DNA of 64,000 nucleotides from Candidatus Thiovulum imperiosus (GTDB lineage Bacteria; Campylobacterota; Campylobacteria; Campylobacterales; Thiovulaceae): NCBI GenBank assembly GCA_024281175.1, contig JAMJTW010000031.1, positions 20,100 to 84,099 of the forward strand, read 5' to 3'. Shown piece by piece: positions 56,391 to 64,000 of this stretch (position 1 is its first letter; each line of letters starts with the position of its first letter). The notes under the pieces were generated by a model. It saw only the letters and a program-made list of their open reading frames with translations, ran no database searches and was not told where the DNA came from. The position numbers and the translations under genes were made by a program.

Positions 56391-57053
56391 TTGCATGTAG
56401 CTATCATTATGGACGGCAACGGAAGATGGGCAACAAAACAGGGAAAAAGTAGAGTAGAGGGACATAGAGTTGGTAGTGAAGTTGTAAGAGAACTCACAAT
56501 TTTTGCTTCAAAAGAGAGTCGGGTTAAGACCTTGACTCTTTACGCATTTTCTACTGAAAATTGGAAAAGACCAAAACATGAAGTCGAATTTTTGATGCGA
56601 CTTTTAGGAAACTATCTTGATAAGGAGTTAGATACATATTTAGAAAATGGAGTGAAATTTCGTGCTGTTGGAGATATTTCAAAGTTTTCGAGTAAATTGC
56701 AAAATAGTATTCAAAATCTTGAGGAGAAGACACAACATCTAACTTCTCTCACTCAAAATCTTGCTCTAAATTATGGTGGTAAAGATGATATTGTTAGAAG
56801 TGTAAAAAGAGTTTTGAAAAGTGGTGATGAGGTTTCTGAAGAGAGTATCGAAAAAAATTTAGATGTCTCTTACCCTATTGACATATTTATCAGAACAGGT
56901 GGTGATAGCAGAGTTTCTAACTTTCTTCTTTGGCAAATCTCTTATGCTGAACTGTTTTTTACAAATACACTCTTTCCAGATTTTACAAAAGAGGAGTTTC
57001 TAAATATCTTGAATAGGTTTGAAACTATTCATAGAAGATTTGGAGGATTGTAA
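56391..57053 (+). CDS. uppS: Di-trans,poly-cis-undecaprenyl-diphosphate synthase
   Basis: HVAIIMDGNGRWA, YAFSTENWKRP and RTGGDSRVSNFLLWQ motifs. TTG start abuts the psd stop. Confidence 0.95.
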   Translation: MHVAIIMDGNGRWATKQGKSRVEGHRVGSEVVRELTIFASKESRVKTLTLYAFSTENWKRPKHEVEFLMRLLGNYLDKELDTYLENGVKFRAVGDISKFSSKLQNSIQNLEEKTQHLTSLTQNLALNYGGKDDIVRSVKRVLKSGDEVSEESIEKNLDVSYPIDIFIRTGGDSRVSNFLLWQISYAELFFTNTLFPDFTKEEFLNILNRFETIHRRFGGL

Positions 57054-57119
57054 TTTCCAAATTTCTCTTTTAGCTACTTATAACATGCTAGAATTCGAGA
57101 AAATGTTTGAGGAAAAATC

Positions 57120-57776
57120 ATGGCTGAAAAAGTTGAAGTTTTAGACAAAAGAGGTAGAGCTGTTGAGGGTTCATCTCTATCTGAAAAACTCTTCTTTCTT
57201 GAAAGATACTACTACAAAAATAGAAAGAAGATAATATTTTCAGGAGTTATAATTCTTTTGGGTGCAATTGGATATTTAGGTTACACTCTTTTTGAAGAGT
57301 ATAGGAGTGAAGTTGTAAATAAGGCTTATTACAACTATGAAAGAGGTATTGAACCAGAAGCAAATTTGAAAATAATTGAAGAAAATAGTCCTCGACTACT
57401 CTCTCTAATCCAGTTCTCCGAAGCTATTAGTAGTTCCAATTTGATAGAGTTAGAGAAATTCAAAAATGGTGGGGATACTGTTCTTTCTGATATCGCAAGT
57501 TACCAAGTTATCTCACTATCTAAAGATACAACAGCTTTAAATAGTTATAGCTACTCTCAAAATGCTATTTTTAGAGATTTAGCAATTGTTTCAGAAGCCT
57601 ACTCTCTAATTGAAAGTGGAAAAGTTGATGAAGCTAAAAATCGACTCAGTTTTATTGAAGATGGTTCATCTCTTCAGAAAGTTGCAAATCTCTTAAAACA
57701 TTATGGTGTAACAGATAGTGATAACAACTCAACAATTCCAGAAATGAGTTTTGAAAATATAAAGTTTGGAGAGTAG
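57120..57776 (+). CDS. Single-pass membrane protein, YfgM-like topology (tentative)
   Basis: Cytoplasmic N-terminus, one TM (IIFSGVIILLGAIGYLGY), and a helical periplasmic domain of about 150 aa. The call rests on topology and context only. Confidence 0.45.
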   Translation: MAEKVEVLDKRGRAVEGSSLSEKLFFLERYYYKNRKKIIFSGVIILLGAIGYLGYTLFEEYRSEVVNKAYYNYERGIEPEANLKIIEENSPRLLSLIQFSEAISSSNLIELEKFKNGGDTVLSDIASYQVISLSKDTTALNSYSYSQNAIFRDLAIVSEAYSLIESGKVDEAKNRLSFIEDGSSLQKVANLLKHYGVTDSDNNSTIPEMSFENIKFGE

Positions 57777-58662
57777 TTTGAAAAGAGTCGTTCTTATTCT
57801 CTCTACGGCTCTTCTCTTCATCTCTTGTAGTGGAAAAAATAGCTACAAACCAGATAGAACTAAAAGAGTTCATAAAAGACTTCCTTTTCTCTTCAACTCA
57901 ACAACTATTGAAAAAATTGGACACAATAGAGTCTATCTCTCAAATGGAAAAGTTTTTGATAGAGATGGTGTAGAAATTGAAGAAGTGGAAGAGTATGGAG
58001 TTATCTATTCAAAACATGAGAACCTCATCGCCTATATTACTGAAGAGAATGTCTTAAAACTTTTAGAAGATGAAAAGGAGATTTTTAGTGCAAATTTTGA
58101 TAAGGTCTCTACAATAGATGTTCGAATTCCAGCACCTCTTTTTGATGGAAGAAATATTCTCTATTTCACTCTTGATGGAAAAATAGCTATCTACTCTAAG
58201 AAATTTAACAAAATTAGTAGAGTTGTTCCAGTCTCTTTTGCTTCCAATTATAGTAATGTTATCGACTATCGACTTTTTGGAAAATCACTAACTCTAATCA
58301 CTCATCGAGAAATTCTTCAGATAGATGAGACATTTGATAAGAAGATATCTTTACCAATCCGAGGAGCTATCTTTAAAGAGAACTACTTTTTCCTAATTAC
58401 AAAAGATGGTGAAATTCGAAAGTATGACTACAAGTTACAACTTTTAAATTCTAAAAAGTTTCCTTTAGCCTATTTTGTAGCGTTTAGAGAAGTTGATGAA
58501 CGAATTTATCTTTTAGAGTCTGAAGGCTATCTTATCGATTTAGATATAAACTTCCAAGATTACAAAGTCTATTATGAACCAATAGATTTAGATAGAGAGA
58601 ACTGCTTTTTCACTCCTCAAAAACTGATTTGTGATAATAAAACAGTTCGTCTCCCACTTTAG
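57766..58662 (+). CDS. Lipoprotein with repeated beta-strand-rich motifs (possible beta-propeller)
   Basis: Lipobox LLFISC. Recurrent DG-K/E-I segments. Overlaps the upstream gene by 11 nt. Confidence 0.5.
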   Translation: MESSLKRVVLILSTALLFISCSGKNSYKPDRTKRVHKRLPFLFNSTTIEKIGHNRVYLSNGKVFDRDGVEIEEVEEYGVIYSKHENLIAYITEENVLKLLEDEKEIFSANFDKVSTIDVRIPAPLFDGRNILYFTLDGKIAIYSKKFNKISRVVPVSFASNYSNVIDYRLFGKSLTLITHREILQIDETFDKKISLPIRGAIFKENYFFLITKDGEIRKYDYKLQLLNSKKFPLAYFVAFREVDERIYLLESEGYLIDLDINFQDYKVYYEPIDLDRENCFFTPQKLICDNKTVRLPL

Positions 58663-58685
58663 AAGAGACTTTTAAGTCTCTCCTC

Positions 58686-59324
58686 CTATCTCTTTCTAAT
58701 CCAGAGACCTTGATGAGCTTTCACTTCAAAATCAGAATCTGAGTTTCGAATCCATCGAGATTCTTCATTTTTCCATAAAAAGATTTTGTCAGAAGTGTTT
58801 TCAAGAATCTCAACTCCATTTTCATTTAAATCGATAGTAGTTCCAATAAGACTCCATTTTCCATCTGGTAAAGATGAGATGTAGCTTGTAAGGTTTCCAT
58901 ATTTCACACTTTCCATTCCATCTCGGATTAGATGAACTAATCCACCTTCACCAACTTCACCAAAAACAAAAGCATTTTCATATCCCATTGTATCTTTTAA
59001 AAGAACTTGGGAAATAGATGCTCGAGTTCCAGAACTACAATATACTAGAAGATAAGCATCTTTAGGTAGAGCTTCAACTTTCTTTTCAAGACTACCTCGA
59101 CCTAAATTCAAAGCTCCTGCAATATGTTCAATTTCAAAACTTATAGCATCTCGAATATCTACGATATAGACTTCCTCTCCACTCTCTTTTAGAGCTTCAT
59201 ACTCTGAAATAGTCATATATTGAGCTTTCTCTCGACCCTCAGCAGAAAAGTCTGCAAATGTTTTGTAATCTTCCGCAAATAGCAAACTACCTAAAAGGGC
59301 AACTGTTCCAAAAATTCTAAACAC
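58686..59324 (-). CDS. Secreted rhodanese-domain protein with a C-terminal extension
   Basis: Signal peptide, VDIRDAISFEIEHIAGALNLG, and the active-site loop YCSSGTRAS. About 90 extra C-terminal aa. Confidence 0.8.
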   Translation of the reverse strand: MFRIFGTVALLGSLLFAEDYKTFADFSAEGREKAQYMTISEYEALKESGEEVYIVDIRDAISFEIEHIAGALNLGRGSLEKKVEALPKDAYLLVYCSSGTRASISQVLLKDTMGYENAFVFGEVGEGGLVHLIRDGMESVKYGNLTSYISSLPDGKWSLIGTTIDLNENGVEILENTSDKIFLWKNEESRWIRNSDSDFEVKAHQGLWIRKR

Positions 59325-60538
59325 TATTTTCTCCTTGCTTTACCTTCGATAATAAATCGAAGTGCGTTTAGTTTGATAAATCCTTCGGCATCTTTCTGGT
59401 TATAAACCTCATCTTCCTCAAAAGTAGAGTAGTCAGAGTTGAAAAGGGACTTTTCAGACTTTCGACCAACAACAGAAATATTTCCTTTGTAGAGTTTAAG
59501 TCTTACAACACCTTCAACATTCTCTTGAGTCTTGTCAATTGCACTCTGCAACATCTCTCTTTCAGGTGAGAACCAGAAGCCGTTGTAGATTAGTTTAGCA
59601 TATCGAGGCATAAGTTCATCTTTGAGGTGTGCCTCTTCACGGTCTAAGCAAATAGACTCAATTGCACGATGAGATTTTAAAAGTATAGTTCCTCCTGGAG
59701 TTTCATAAGCTCCGCGACTCTTCATTCCAACAAAACGGTTTTCAACTATATCGGTTCTACCAATACCATGTTTTCCACCAAGTCGATTTAGTTCTCGAAG
59801 TATTTCAGCAGGAGAGAGCTTCTTATCTCCAATTGCAATAGGGTCTCCATTTTTATAAGTAATCTCTATATACTCAGCTTCATCAGGAGCATTTTCAGGA
59901 GAAACTGTCCATCTCCACATATCATCTTCAGGTTCAGCCCAAGGGTCTTCGAGAATTCCACCTTCATAAGAGATGTGAAGAAGATTTGCGTCCATAGAGT
60001 ATGGGGACTTTTTCCCTTTCTTATCTATCTCAATACCATGTTCTTCAGCATATTTCAAGAGTTTCTCTCGAGAGTTTAAATCCCACTCTCTCCAAGGAGC
60101 AATGATGATGAGGTTACTATCTATTCCTAAATATCCCATCTCAAATCGAACTTGGTCATTTCCTTTTCCAGTAGCACCGTGAGAAACACCATCAGCACCA
60201 ACAAGTTTAGCAATTTCTGCTTGTCTCTTTGCAATTAGAGGTCTTGCAATTGAAGTTCCCAAAAGATACTCACCCTCGTAAATTGCGTTTGCTCGAAACA
60301 TTGGAAAAACAAAATCTCGAACAAACTCCTCTTCAAGATTTTCTATAAAAACATTTTCAGGTTTAATTCCTAAACTTATCGCTTTCTTTCTAGCAGGTTC
60401 AACCTCTTCACCTTGCCCGATATCAGCTGTAAATGTAACGACTTCACATTGATACTCATCTTGTAACCATTTTAAAATTACGCTGGTATCCAAACCACCA
60501 GAGTATGCCAATACAACTTTTTTTACACTTTTTTTCAA
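59324..60538 (-). CDS. argG: Argininosuccinate synthase
   Basis: [14 protein letters not shown] motif and [13 protein letters not shown]. Confidence 0.95.
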   Translation of the reverse strand: MKKSVKKVVLAYSGGLDTSVILKWLQDEYQCEVVTFTADIGQGEEVEPARKKAISLGIKPENVFIENLEEEFVRDFVFPMFRANAIYEGEYLLGTSIARPLIAKRQAEIAKLVGADGVSHGATGKGNDQVRFEMGYLGIDSNLIIIAPWREWDLNSREKLLKYAEEHGIEIDKKGKKSPYSMDANLLHISYEGGILEDPWAEPEDDMWRWTVSPENAPDEAEYIEITYKNGDPIAIGDKKLSPAEILRELNRLGGKHGIGRTDIVENRFVGMKSRGAYETPGGTILLKSHRAIESICLDREEAHLKDELMPRYAKLIYNGFWFSPEREMLQSAIDKTQENVEGVVRLKLYKGNISVVGRKSEKSLFNSDYSTFEEDEVYNQKDAEGFIKLNALRFIIEGKARRK

Positions 60539-60593
60539 AGTCTGAGTCCTATTTTTTTAGCGATTTTATCACATAGAAAAGATATAGAGTAGT

Positions 60594-60710
60594 GGGGACA
60601 GACCAAAAGCTGTTCTTGTCATTTCGAAATGAGCGAAGCGATTGAGAAACCTTGAAAGTATAGAAGATTTCTCACCCAAAAGGGTTCGAAATGACATTTA
60701 GGGATTGACT
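60594..60710. mobile_element. MITE-like element with a degenerate right end
   Basis: GGGGACAGACCAAAAGC ... GTCATTTCGAAATGAGCGAAGCGATTGAGAAACCTTG ... AAGATTTCTCACCCAAAAGGGTTCGAAATGAC. Confidence 0.55.
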
Positions 60711-60716
60711 AATTTT

Positions 60717-61157
60717 TTATCTATAAACAGTTTTATTTAGAGCTTGAGCTTCCAACATATCCAACTCTTCATACCCTTTTTGAACATCAACGCCCATTCC
60801 AAGGATAAATTGGAAGAGAAATTGGAATTGTGCTTCTTGCCCTAATCTTAGAAACTCTTCTGGTTGCATAGATATAAAATTTCTAGTGATTTTCTCATCA
60901 GCACTGTTTACAAGTTTCTGAGCAGTTTTTGCTTCTAAATCATGATTGTCCGTAAATTTAGATATAAAATTGAAATATCCAGCTTCAATAACCGTTCTAT
61001 CACTATTCCAGATAGCGTCCATGATTGAGTTCATAAGAGCTTTTAAACTCTCTGCTTCATTACTTCCTAATTCACCACCAACAAGTGTAACTAAATGAGA
61101 ACTTAAACTTAATTTTAAAGCGTTATCGCTTATTGGTATATAATTTTCTTCATTCAA
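60717..61157 (-). CDS. Hypothetical cytoplasmic protein
   Basis: 146-aa ORF overlapping the panB stop by 4 nt. Predicted helical. No family recognised. Confidence 0.55.
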   Translation of the reverse strand: MNEENYIPISDNALKLSLSSHLVTLVGGELGSNEAESLKALMNSIMDAIWNSDRTVIEAGYFNFISKFTDNHDLEAKTAQKLVNSADEKITRNFISMQPEEFLRLGQEAQFQFLFQFILGMGVDVQKGYEELDMLEAQALNKTVYR

Positions 61158-61915
61158 TATCTATTCTCCTCTTCTGGAAATATTCCATTCTGAACCTCAT
61201 CAGCATATCTTTTTACAGCTTCCCTAACAAGTTCTCCACCATTTAGGTATCTCTTTACAAATTTCGGTTTGAAGTCTTCAAAGAAGCCGAGCATATCACT
61301 CCAAACCAAAACTTGACCATCTACATCTTTTCCAGCACCAATTCCAATTACAGGAATAGAAAGAGTTTCTGCAATCTCTTTGCCAAGTTCGCTTTTAACT
61401 CCCTCAACAACAATAGCAAATGCTCCAGCATTCTCTACTGCTTTTGCATCTTTTAGAACTTTCTCCCAACTCTCTGTATCCCTACCTTTTACAAAGTATC
61501 CTCCCTCGCCTCGAGAACTTTGAGGAGTTAAACCGATATGTCCCATAACAGCAATACCGTTCTGAACTAAATGGGAGATAGTATCAGCTTTTTCAACTCC
61601 ACCCTCAATTTTCACAGCATCAGCACAAGTTTCAGAGTAGAAACGGGTTGCATTTTCCAGTGCAATTTCTCGATTTCTATAAGTTCCAAAAGGCATATCT
61701 GCAATGATAAAACTCTCTTTTCTACCTTTACAGACAGCTTTCGTGTGATAGAGCATAACTTCCATTGAAGCTGAAAGAGTATCTCTCTCTCCTCGAAAAC
61801 TCATGTTTAGGCTATCTCCGACAAGTATCATGTCTACAATACCATCAAAAAGTTTTGTGAAAAGAGTGTCATATGCAGTTAGCATAACTATTTTGCTATC
61901 TTTTTGAAATTTCAC
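61154..61915 (-). CDS. panB: 3-methyl-2-oxobutanoate hydroxymethyltransferase
   Basis: MLTAYD, VGDSLNM, KIEGG and GHIGLTPQS motifs. Confidence 0.95.
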   Translation of the reverse strand: MKFQKDSKIVMLTAYDTLFTKLFDGIVDMILVGDSLNMSFRGERDTLSASMEVMLYHTKAVCKGRKESFIIADMPFGTYRNREIALENATRFYSETCADAVKIEGGVEKADTISHLVQNGIAVMGHIGLTPQSSRGEGGYFVKGRDTESWEKVLKDAKAVENAGAFAIVVEGVKSELGKEIAETLSIPVIGIGAGKDVDGQVLVWSDMLGFFEDFKPKFVKRYLNGGELVREAVKRYADEVQNGIFPEEENRY

Positions 61916-62703
61916 TATCTCTTCAATCCATTTACAGTTTGTAACATCTCATCTGAAGTTGTAATCGCTTTAGAGTTTGCCTCATAAGCTCTCTGTCCTG
62001 TGATGAGGTCAGTAAGCTCTACAACAAGTTGAACATTACTCATCTCTACAAATCCCTCTCTAATATTTCCAAGACCATCAAGACCTGGAGTAGCAATAAT
62101 CGGGTCTCCAGAAGCGTCTGTATTTAATAGTAAGTTATCTCCTAAACCGTGAAGACCCGCTGGGTTCACAAAGTTTGCAAGTTCTATTTGAGCTATCTGC
62201 TGAGACTCAGTCTGTCCAGCTTGAATAATTGTAACAATACCATCTGTACCTATTTTAATATCTGTTGTATCTTCTGGAATTACAACTTCTGGAATTAATT
62301 TATATCCATCAGAGTTTACAACTTGTCCATCTTGGTTCATTTTAAATGCACCATTTCTACTATATGCTATTGTTCCGTCAGGCAACTCTATTTGGAAAAA
62401 TCCATTTCCAGTAATAGCCATATCAAGGCTATTTCCAGTCTCTTGAAAATTTCCTTGAGAATGTATTTTAGTAATTGCTGTTGGTCTAACTCCAAGACCC
62501 ACCTGAATTCCTGTTGGTGAATTTGTTGTTGCACTTGTAGCAGTTCCCGCATATTCAGTTGTCTGATACATCAAGTCAGCAAACTCTGCTCTAAGTTTTC
62601 TATATCCAATTGTATTAACATTCGCAATATTATTTGAAGTTGTATCGATTTGTGTCTGCTGTGCAAGCATTCCAGTTGCAGCACTATATAAGGCTCTGAA
62701 CAT
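61915..62703 (-). CDS. flgG: Flagellar basal-body distal rod protein FlgG
   Basis: N-terminal MFRALYSAATGMLAQQ...SNNIANVNTIGYR and C-terminal GFVEMSNV..VEL..LI..QRAYEAN. Confidence 0.95.
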   Translation of the reverse strand: MFRALYSAATGMLAQQTQIDTTSNNIANVNTIGYRKLRAEFADLMYQTTEYAGTATSATTNSPTGIQVGLGVRPTAITKIHSQGNFQETGNSLDMAITGNGFFQIELPDGTIAYSRNGAFKMNQDGQVVNSDGYKLIPEVVIPEDTTDIKIGTDGIVTIIQAGQTESQQIAQIELANFVNPAGLHGLGDNLLLNTDASGDPIIATPGLDGLGNIREGFVEMSNVQLVVELTDLITGQRAYEANSKAITTSDEMLQTVNGLKR

Positions 62704-62858
62704 CTTTCCACCTTTAAAATAAGTTTTACTCTATTTTATCAAAAATGCTAAAACATATTTTTAGAAATTTATATGTGGTTTTATAATTTTCTCTTTAATT
62801 ATAATTTAAATTATTTATATGTATAATTCTAATTGATAATTAAATATCAAAAGGTTTT

Positions 62859-63767
62859 GTGGTGAAAACTTCAAATGTCAATGGAACAACTTCTCTAAAC
62901 GAAAATAGTTCCAGAAAAAATACAAACAAGAAAATAAATACCAAACCAGAACAGAAGACCCCTAAAAAAAGAGGGCGACCGCCTAAAAAGGCAAAAATTG
63001 AAGTTGAACCTAAGCAAGAAGTAGTTGAGTTAGAGACAAAAGAGGTTTCCGAAGCAAAAGTTGGAGAGACAAAAGAGGTTTCCGAAGCAAAAGCTGAAGA
63101 GACAAAAGAAGTTTCCGAAGCAAAAGTTGGAGAGACAAAAGAGGTTTCCGAAGCAAAAGCTGAAGAGACAAAAGAAGTTTCCGAAGCAAAAGTTGGAGAG
63201 ACAAAAGAGGTTTCCGAAGTGAAAGTTGAAGAGACAAAAGAGGTTTTTGAAGTGAAAGCTGAAGAGACAAAAGAGGTTTCCGAAGTGAAAGCTGAAGAGA
63301 CAAAAGAAGTTTCCAAAGCAAAAGCTGAAAAGACAAAAGAGGTTTTTGAAGTGAAAGCTGAAGAGACAAAAGAAGTTTCCGAAGTAAAAGCTGAAGAGAC
63401 AAAAGAGAAAAATTTAAAGGATATAAAAATGGCAGAAGTAAAAGTAGAAGAGACAAAAGAAGTAGCAGTAGAAACAGTAGTTCCAGAAATCAATCTTATT
63501 GAGACTCAATTAAATAATACATCAAACTTTGTTGTAAGTGTAATTGATGGAATGATTAACCATTTAGAAATAGCAAGAGTTCAAGGTTCTTCTAAAGTTG
63601 AAAATACTGTTCATGGTCTTTTAGGAGACAACATTGTTTCTGAGTATACAGCAAAAGGTTTAGGTTTTGTTGGTGGTAAATTCTGCCAAGGTTACACTTT
63701 TGGTATGACTCCAGCAGTTACAATGAGTGGTGTTGCAGTAGGTCTTTACAAAAAAGCTGTAAACTAA
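62859..63767 (+). CDS. Repeat protein: basic N-terminus with AT-hook, about 11 tandem 11-aa acidic/lysine repeats, Gly-rich hydrophobic C-terminus
   Basis: GTG start after AAAAGG. KKRGRPPKKAK, then ETKEVSEAK(V/A)(G/E) about 11 times. The C-terminus is GLGFVGGKF...AVTMSGVAVGLYKKAVN. Confidence 0.7.
   Translation: MVKTSNVNGTTSLNENSSRKNTNKKINTKPEQKTPKKRGRPPKKAKIEVEPKQEVVELETKEVSEAKVGETKEVSEAKAEETKEVSEAKVGETKEVSEAKAEETKEVSEAKVGETKEVSEVKVEETKEVFEVKAEETKEVSEVKAEETKEVSKAKAEKTKEVFEVKAEETKEVSEVKAEETKEKNLKDIKMAEVKVEETKEVAVETVVPEINLIETQLNNTSNFVVSVIDGMINHLEIARVQGSSKVENTVHGLLGDNIVSEYTAKGLGFVGGKFCQGYTFGMTPAVTMSGVAVGLYKKAVN
63033..63395 (+). repeat. Tandem 33-bp coding repeat, 11 units, with 66-bp higher-order periodicity in units 1-5
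   Basis: GAGACAAAAGAGGTTTCCGAAGCAAAAGTTGGA alternates with ...GCTGAA units. Degenerate copies continue to about 63470. Confidence 0.9.
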
Positions 63768-63773
63768 AGTAGT

Positions 63774-63793
63774 GCGGTTCTAAAGAGAACCGC
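63774..63793. terminator. Hairpin between convergent genes
   Basis: GCGGTTCT-AAAG-AGAACCGC (8-bp stem) lies 7 nt after the repeat-protein stop and 7 nt before the stop of the minus-strand ORF. Confidence 0.55.
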
Positions 63794-63799
63794 CGAATT

Positions 63800-64000
63800 C
63801 TATGCTTCACAACTCATATCATCATGAGTAGGGTGTTCTGGTAAATCCAGAGGTTCTCCATTTCCACTTTCAATCGAATTTCTATGAGCTATCTCATTTC
63901 CATTATGAACAATTGAAAAAGTTATTTCTGAAACCCCTCGAACAGTATTTATAGTTGAGCAATATGTTTCAAGAGTTGATAAAACCCATCTTCTAGCGAT
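63800..64000 (-). CDS. C-terminal part of an unidentified gene (window-truncated)
   Basis: Hand translation of the minus strand is open from 64000 to the TAG at 63800-63802 (...IARRWVLSTLETYCSTINTVRGVSEITFSIVHNGNEIAHRNSIESGNGEPLDLPEHPTHDDMSCEA). Confidence 0.4.
   Translation of the reverse strand: MARRWVLSTLETYCSTINTVRGVSEITFSIVHNGNEIAHRNSIESGNGEPLDLPEHPTHDDMSCEA

Noticed and set aside
62840-63493. Two long minus-strand ORFs (217 aa and 148 aa) across the 33-bp tandem repeat
   Set aside because: Their products are monotonous Ser/Phe/Thr or Leu repeats generated by reading the repeat in reverse. The plus-strand frame extends into non-repetitive N- and C-terminal regions, has an RBS-like AAAAGG, and ends at a hairpin.

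Overview
AT-rich 64-kb chromosomal segment that looks like Campylobacterota (epsilonproteobacteria). Supporting evidence: a Helicobacter/Campylobacter-like CheY followed by PrmA, FliR, FlgG, an HP0958-like Zn-ribbon protein next to WaaA, and a Helicobacter-type two-subunit urease. I cannot name genus or species from the sequence alone. About 60 protein genes are densely packed and often overlap by a few nucleotides. Most are housekeeping: murA, queA, trxB, miaB, hisD, ilvBN, argG, panB, atpB, aroF, hom, tatA, psd, uppS, ubiX, nnr. Others cover motility and chemotaxis, c-di-GMP signalling, and a urease/nickel regulon split into three separate loci. I saw no rRNA or tRNA genes, and no integrase, transposase or cas genes. 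Small accessory islets sit between the core genes: two BRO-N antirepressor-like genes, a Rha/T5orf172 gene, a MntA/HepT toxin-antitoxin pair with a duplicated orphan MntA, a caspase-like transmembrane protein, and secreted lipoproteins including a streptopain-like protease. Four signals seem most worth following up. (1) A modular, Correia-like family of palindromic interspersed repeats with 16-bp terminal inverted repeats occupies almost every longer intergenic gap. One copy is flanked by a perfect 28-bp duplication, and one fragment lies in frame inside a gene. (2) A two-repeat, one-spacer CRISPR-like mini-array (30-bp repeat, 36-bp spacer) has no cas genes in the window and lies beside a BRO-N/RhuM-like gene. 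(3) A caspase(C14)-TM-DUF1566 protein has Ser where the catalytic Cys is expected. (4) A protein carries an AT-hook plus about 11 tandem 33-bp repeats. All family assignments come from motifs read by eye in the supplied translations. Start codons are taken from the ORF track and are approximate.
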